From Candidatus Omnitrophota bacterium (GTDB taxonomy: Bacteria; Omnitrophota; Omnitrophia; Omnitrophales; Aquincolibacteriaceae), in assembly GCA_022709525.1 (NCBI GenBank), contig JAKLIQ010000003.1, forward strand, positions 1,771-65,770: DNA of 64,000 nt. Direction: 5' to 3'. Shown here one piece after another: positions 60,831 through 64,000 of the stretch. The notes beneath the pieces are model-generated. The model saw only the letters and a program-made list of their open reading frames with translations, had not been told where the DNA came from and made no database searches. The position numbers were made by a program, and so were the translations under genes. The stretch's first letter is position 1; every line of letters begins with the position of its first letter.

Positions 60831-60917
60831 GGAGGTGTGGCAGAGCGGTCGAATGCGGCAGTCTCGAAAACTGTTAACCGCGTAAGCGGTTCGGAGGTTC
60901 GAATCCTCCCGCCTCCG
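60831..60917 (+). tRNA. tRNA-Ser (anticodon CGA), no encoded CCA.
   Basis: Acceptor GGAGGTG/CGCCTCC with one G-U pair. 3-bp D-stem. Anticodon loop CTCGAAA. Long variable arm CCGCGTAAGCGG. T-arm GGAGG-TTCGAAT-CCTCC. Confidence 0.75.
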
Positions 60918-60958
60918 TATTATTTTTTAAGAAAGCAATAATTAAAGAAGGAAAAATT

Positions 60959-62632
60959 TTGGACTATTTAATTTTTGCCAGGAAATTCAGACCTCAAACC
61001 TTTGAGGAGATCGTTGGGCAGGGGACCATCACGACAACCCTGAAGAATGCGATCCGCCAGGAACGCGTGCCGCAAAGTTTTCTTTTTTCCGGCCCCCGCG
61101 GTGTGGGAAAAACCTCGACGGCGCGCATTCTCGCCAAAGCTCTCAATTGCAAAGAGGGTCCCACCGAAAAACCCTGCGGCAAATGCGTCTCCTGCAAAGA
61201 GATCGAACAGGGAAGCTCCATGGACGTTCTCGAGATCGACGGCGCGTCGAATCGCGGCATTGAAGAGATCCGCACACTGCGGGAAAACGTCAAATTCAAA
61301 CCTTCAGCGGGTCGTTACAAGATCTATATTATCGACGAAGTCCATTCCTTGACCGGCGACGCTTTTAACGCGCTCCTCAAGACCCTTGAAGAGCCGCCTG
61401 CCCATGTCAAATTCATTTTTGCCACGACCGAATCCCACAAAGTGCCGCTTACCATCCTGTCGCGCTGCCAGCGGCTTCAGTTCCAGCGGATCTCGGTTCC
61501 GGAAGCCGTCGAAAAGCTCGAAAAGATCGCGCAGAAAGAAAAATTAAAATACGAAAAGAACGCACTTTTTCTGATCGCCAAGAATACCGAAGGCGCGCTT
61601 CGCGATGCCGAAAGCCTTCTTGATCAACTGGCGAGTTTTTCGGAAGGAAAGATCAAAGAAGAGGATGTTCTGACGCTTTTAGGGCTCGCCTCGGAGGAGA
61701 CCTATCTTTCGGTCCTTGGGGCGATCCGAGCCAGAAAGGGCGAAGAAGTTTTTGAATTCGTCAAAAAGATCTACGCGGAAGGCGCCGATCTCGCGCAATT
61801 CGCCAAAGGGCTTTTCGAGACCTTCCGCAATCTTTTAATGCTCCAAACAGCGCCCGGCGCCAAATCCCTTATCGAAGCGAACCCTGAAACCATCTCCAAC
61901 CTTCAAAAACTGGCGGCCGGTTTTTCTCAAGGGGAATTGCTTTTGGGCCTTTCGATCCTTCAAAATCTCCAGGCCCAGTTGCGCCGACCGGTGGCGTCGC
62001 CCAAACTTCTTTTGGAAGCCGCGCTTCTCAAGCTTGTTTATATGGAAAACTTAAGACAGATCGATGAAGTCATTCGAGAGGGGGAAGCGGGCAAAAAGAG
62101 CAGCGAAGCGGTTTCGGTTGTGGAAAAAAAAACTCAAAAACCGGATATAATCGCCCCCGAAAATAAAACCAATCCAAAACCGCGAAAAATCCCCGAAGCG
62201 TCCGATGCCGGAATGTCGTCTGCGGCATCTTTGCAACCGGCGCCGAGCGGCGATCTGACGCTTAACGAGGTTGAAAAAGCTTGGCCTCAGGTGATCGAGC
62301 GCGTTAAGGCAAAACGCATGTCGACAAGTCTTTTCCTGGCGGAAGCCGAACCCGCGGAGGTCGAAGGATCCGTCATTATTTTAGGCCTGCCCTCGGAATT
62401 CCGTTTTCATAAAGAGACGCTCGAAAAAGATTCTAACAAACAGATCATCGAAGAGGCGTTCACTCAGGCGCTTGGGAAAAAAGTCCGCGTCCAATGCGTC
62501 GTGACCGAGCGCGAAGGCGCGGTCCAGGGAGCGCCTGAAGAAATTCCTCCCGTCAAAAATGAAGAAATGCCGGACATTGTTTCCAAGGCCCTTGAGATCT
62601 TTGACGGTTCCAAGGTGATCCGTAAAGACTGA
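60959..62632 (+). CDS. dnaX: DNA polymerase III subunits gamma/tau.
   Basis: AAA+ motifs GPRGVGKTS and DEVHSL. Zinc-module cysteines (CKEGPTEKPCGKCVSCK). Confidence 0.9.
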   Translation: MDYLIFARKFRPQTFEEIVGQGTITTTLKNAIRQERVPQSFLFSGPRGVGKTSTARILAKALNCKEGPTEKPCGKCVSCKEIEQGSSMDVLEIDGASNRGIEEIRTLRENVKFKPSAGRYKIYIIDEVHSLTGDAFNALLKTLEEPPAHVKFIFATTESHKVPLTILSRCQRLQFQRISVPEAVEKLEKIAQKEKLKYEKNALFLIAKNTEGALRDAESLLDQLASFSEGKIKEEDVLTLLGLASEETYLSVLGAIRARKGEEVFEFVKKIYAEGADLAQFAKGLFETFRNLLMLQTAPGAKSLIEANPETISNLQKLAAGFSQGELLLGLSILQNLQAQLRRPVASPKLLLEAALLKLVYMENLRQIDEVIREGEAGKKSSEAVSVVEKKTQKPDIIAPENKTNPKPRKIPEASDAGMSSAASLQPAPSGDLTLNEVEKAWPQVIERVKAKRMSTSLFLAEAEPAEVEGSVIILGLPSEFRFHKETLEKDSNKQIIEEAFTQALGKKVRVQCVVTEREGAVQGAPEEIPPVKNEEMPDIVSKALEIFDGSKVIRKD

Positions 62633-62651
62633 TTTTAAAGGAAGACCCGCC

Positions 62652-63254
62652 ATGAAAGCTTATTCGGAATTGATGACAAAGCTCGTGGAAGCGCTTTCTA
62701 AATTGCCCGGCATCGGGCGGCGCTCCGCCGAACGTATCGTTTTTTATCTTCTCAAAACCAAAAAGGAAGAAGCGCTTACGCTCGGCGAGCTCGTCAAGCA
62801 GCTCCGCGAAAGCGTGGTTTTCTGCGGTGTTTGCCATAATTTCTCCGATCAAAAAACCTGCCATATTTGTTCGGATCCCGGCCGCGATCAGGGGGTCATC
62901 TGTGTCGTAGAAGACCCTAAAGATGTTGTTGCGATCGAAAAGACAGGAAGCCATCCCGGCGTTTATCACGTGCTTCTCGGCGCGCTTTCGCCTCTCGACG
63001 GGATCGGTCCGGACCAGATCTGCATCCAGGATCTTTTGGAACGCGTAAAGCAAAAAAAGGTTCGTGAAGTGATCCTTGCGACCAATCCCAATACGGAAGG
63101 GGATGCGACCGCGCTTTATCTTGCCAAGGTCTTGACGCCGCTTAAAGTCAAAGTGACGCGCCTTGCGCGTGGCATCCCGGTCGGAAGCCACATCGAATAC
63201 ACCGATCAAGCCACGCTGTCCCGCGCGTTTTCTGGGCGCCATGACTTTCGTTAA
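62652..63254 (+). CDS. recR: Recombination protein RecR.
   Basis: HhH N-terminus (LPGIGRRSAERI), C4 zinc finger (CGVCHNFSDQKTCHIC) and Toprim domain. Confidence 0.9.
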   Translation: MKAYSELMTKLVEALSKLPGIGRRSAERIVFYLLKTKKEEALTLGELVKQLRESVVFCGVCHNFSDQKTCHICSDPGRDQGVICVVEDPKDVVAIEKTGSHPGVYHVLLGALSPLDGIGPDQICIQDLLERVKQKKVREVILATNPNTEGDATALYLAKVLTPLKVKVTRLARGIPVGSHIEYTDQATLSRAFSGRHDFR

Positions 63255-63277
63255 ATTAAAAAATCAATAAGGATGTC

Positions 63278-64000
63278 ATGACTGTCCAAGTCACCACAAA
63301 AGAAAAGAAAGTCAAGACTTGGGCGTCATCCCGCATGATGCGCTCGCTTCAAGGGATCACGGCGCTTGTGACGGGGGCTTCTTCCGGTATCGGAAAAGCC
63401 ATGGCGCGGGAACTTGCAAGTCATGGCGCCCATCTCATTCTAGTTTCCCGGAACGCTCAGCGCTTGGAACAGGAAGCCGAAGATCTCCGGATCCGTTTTG
63501 GCGTAGCCACCCATGTTTTTCCGGCGGACTTGAACCGTCCTGAAAAAAGACAAGAACTTTTTGACCGGATTCTTGCTCAAGGGTTTACCGTCGATCTTTT
63601 GGTCAACAATGCCGGTCTCGCTCACTATGGGCCTTTCGTCGGATCAAGCCTTGAAGAAACCGATGAGATGCTCACGCTGAACGTTCAGGCGCTCACACAC
63701 CTTACGAGACTGTTCCTTCCCGGCATGATTGAAAGGAAAAAAGGGGGTGTTTTAAACGTGGCGTCGACGGCGGGCTTCCAGCCCATACCCAATCTTTCGG
63801 TCTACGCCGCGACCAAAGCGTTCGTTCTTAATTTTTCCGAGGCGTTATGGGAAGAATGCAGAGGGTCCGGCGTCCGCATTTTTTGCCTTTGTCCCGGGAA
63901 TACCCTCACGCGTTTTCATCAGGCCGCGGGGATCGACCGGCAGAGGATGTTCTTCAGCGCGTCCGCCGCCGATGTGGCGCGTTTTGGTTTGAAAAAATTC
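63278..64000 (+). CDS. SDR-family oxidoreductase, 3'-truncated by the window end.
   Basis: TGASSGIGKA dinucleotide motif, NNAG and S...YAATK catalytic triad. The open frame continues to the last base of the window. It is not in the supplied ORF track because no stop is present. Confidence 0.75.
   Translation, partial: MTVQVTTKEKKVKTWASSRMMRSLQGITALVTGASSGIGKAMARELASHGAHLILVSRNAQRLEQEAEDLRIRFGVATHVFPADLNRPEKRQELFDRILAQGFTVDLLVNNAGLAHYGPFVGSSLEETDEMLTLNVQALTHLTRLFLPGMIERKKGGVLNVASTAGFQPIPNLSVYAATKAFVLNFSEALWEECRGSGVRIFCLCPGNTLTRFHQAAGIDRQRMFFSASAADVARFGLKKF

Noticed and set aside
62633-62651. Missing ybaB between dnaX and recR
   Set aside because: Only 19 nt separate the genes. There is no remnant or frameshifted ORF. 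ybaB is presumably elsewhere or absent. This was not considered a feature.

Overview
This 64 kb window is gene-dense bacterial chromosome, about 55% GC, with short intergenic spacers and frequent stop/start overlaps. That coding style suggests a Gram-negative organism, possibly from an uncultivated lineage, but no taxon can be assigned from the sequence alone. Most of the window is ordinary housekeeping: a contiguous TCA oxidative-branch operon (icd-mdh-acnA-gltA), a folate/purine cluster (pabB-pabC-purH-folC-mnmE), a class II B12-dependent ribonucleotide reductase, dnaX-recR, rlmN, corA, cstA, ychF, cysE, rnhA, pepA, rsmB, pyrE and mutY.

Five parts stand out.

1. Positions 1-12.8 kb form a sulfation-type glycan locus. 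It holds two zinc-ribbon C-methyltransferases, a WbuC-like cupin, an SDR, a sulfotransferase, a GT2, and an Rrf2-regulated anion porin + TSUP permease + cysD + cysN/cysC PAPS-synthesis module. No reductive sulfate-assimilation enzymes are present.

2. Two separate loci (about 15.04-15.81 kb and 60.47-60.92 kb) have the same composite architecture. Each has a 5' half of a tRNA-Ser gene ending inside the anticodon loop, then a conserved 49-50 nt double GC-hairpin element, then a small YhbQ-type GIY-YIG nuclease ORF whose 3' end abuts or overlaps a complete tRNA-Ser gene. At locus 1, a second element copy and a decayed matching 3' tRNA half lie downstream, followed by 23-bp direct repeats of the tRNA 3' end. 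This looks like an undescribed tRNA-Ser-targeting GIY-YIG mobile or intron-like arrangement.

3. A roughly 510 bp cassette carries a four-helix-bundle (23S-rRNA-intervening-sequence-type) protein gene. It is bounded by near-perfect 27-29 bp terminal inverted repeats built from GAGTCCCGAG units. Two solo miniature copies of the same inverted-repeat pair sit in other intergenic regions. The inverted repeats supply the stop codons and C-terminal tails of three flanking genes.

4. A myo-inositol-1-phosphate synthase / CDP-alcohol phosphatidyltransferase pair, plus an inositol monophosphatase, indicates phosphatidylinositol-type lipid synthesis.

5. Two tandem NrdR-box-like palindromes lie upstream of nrdJ.

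All calls are made by eye from motifs; no database searches were run.
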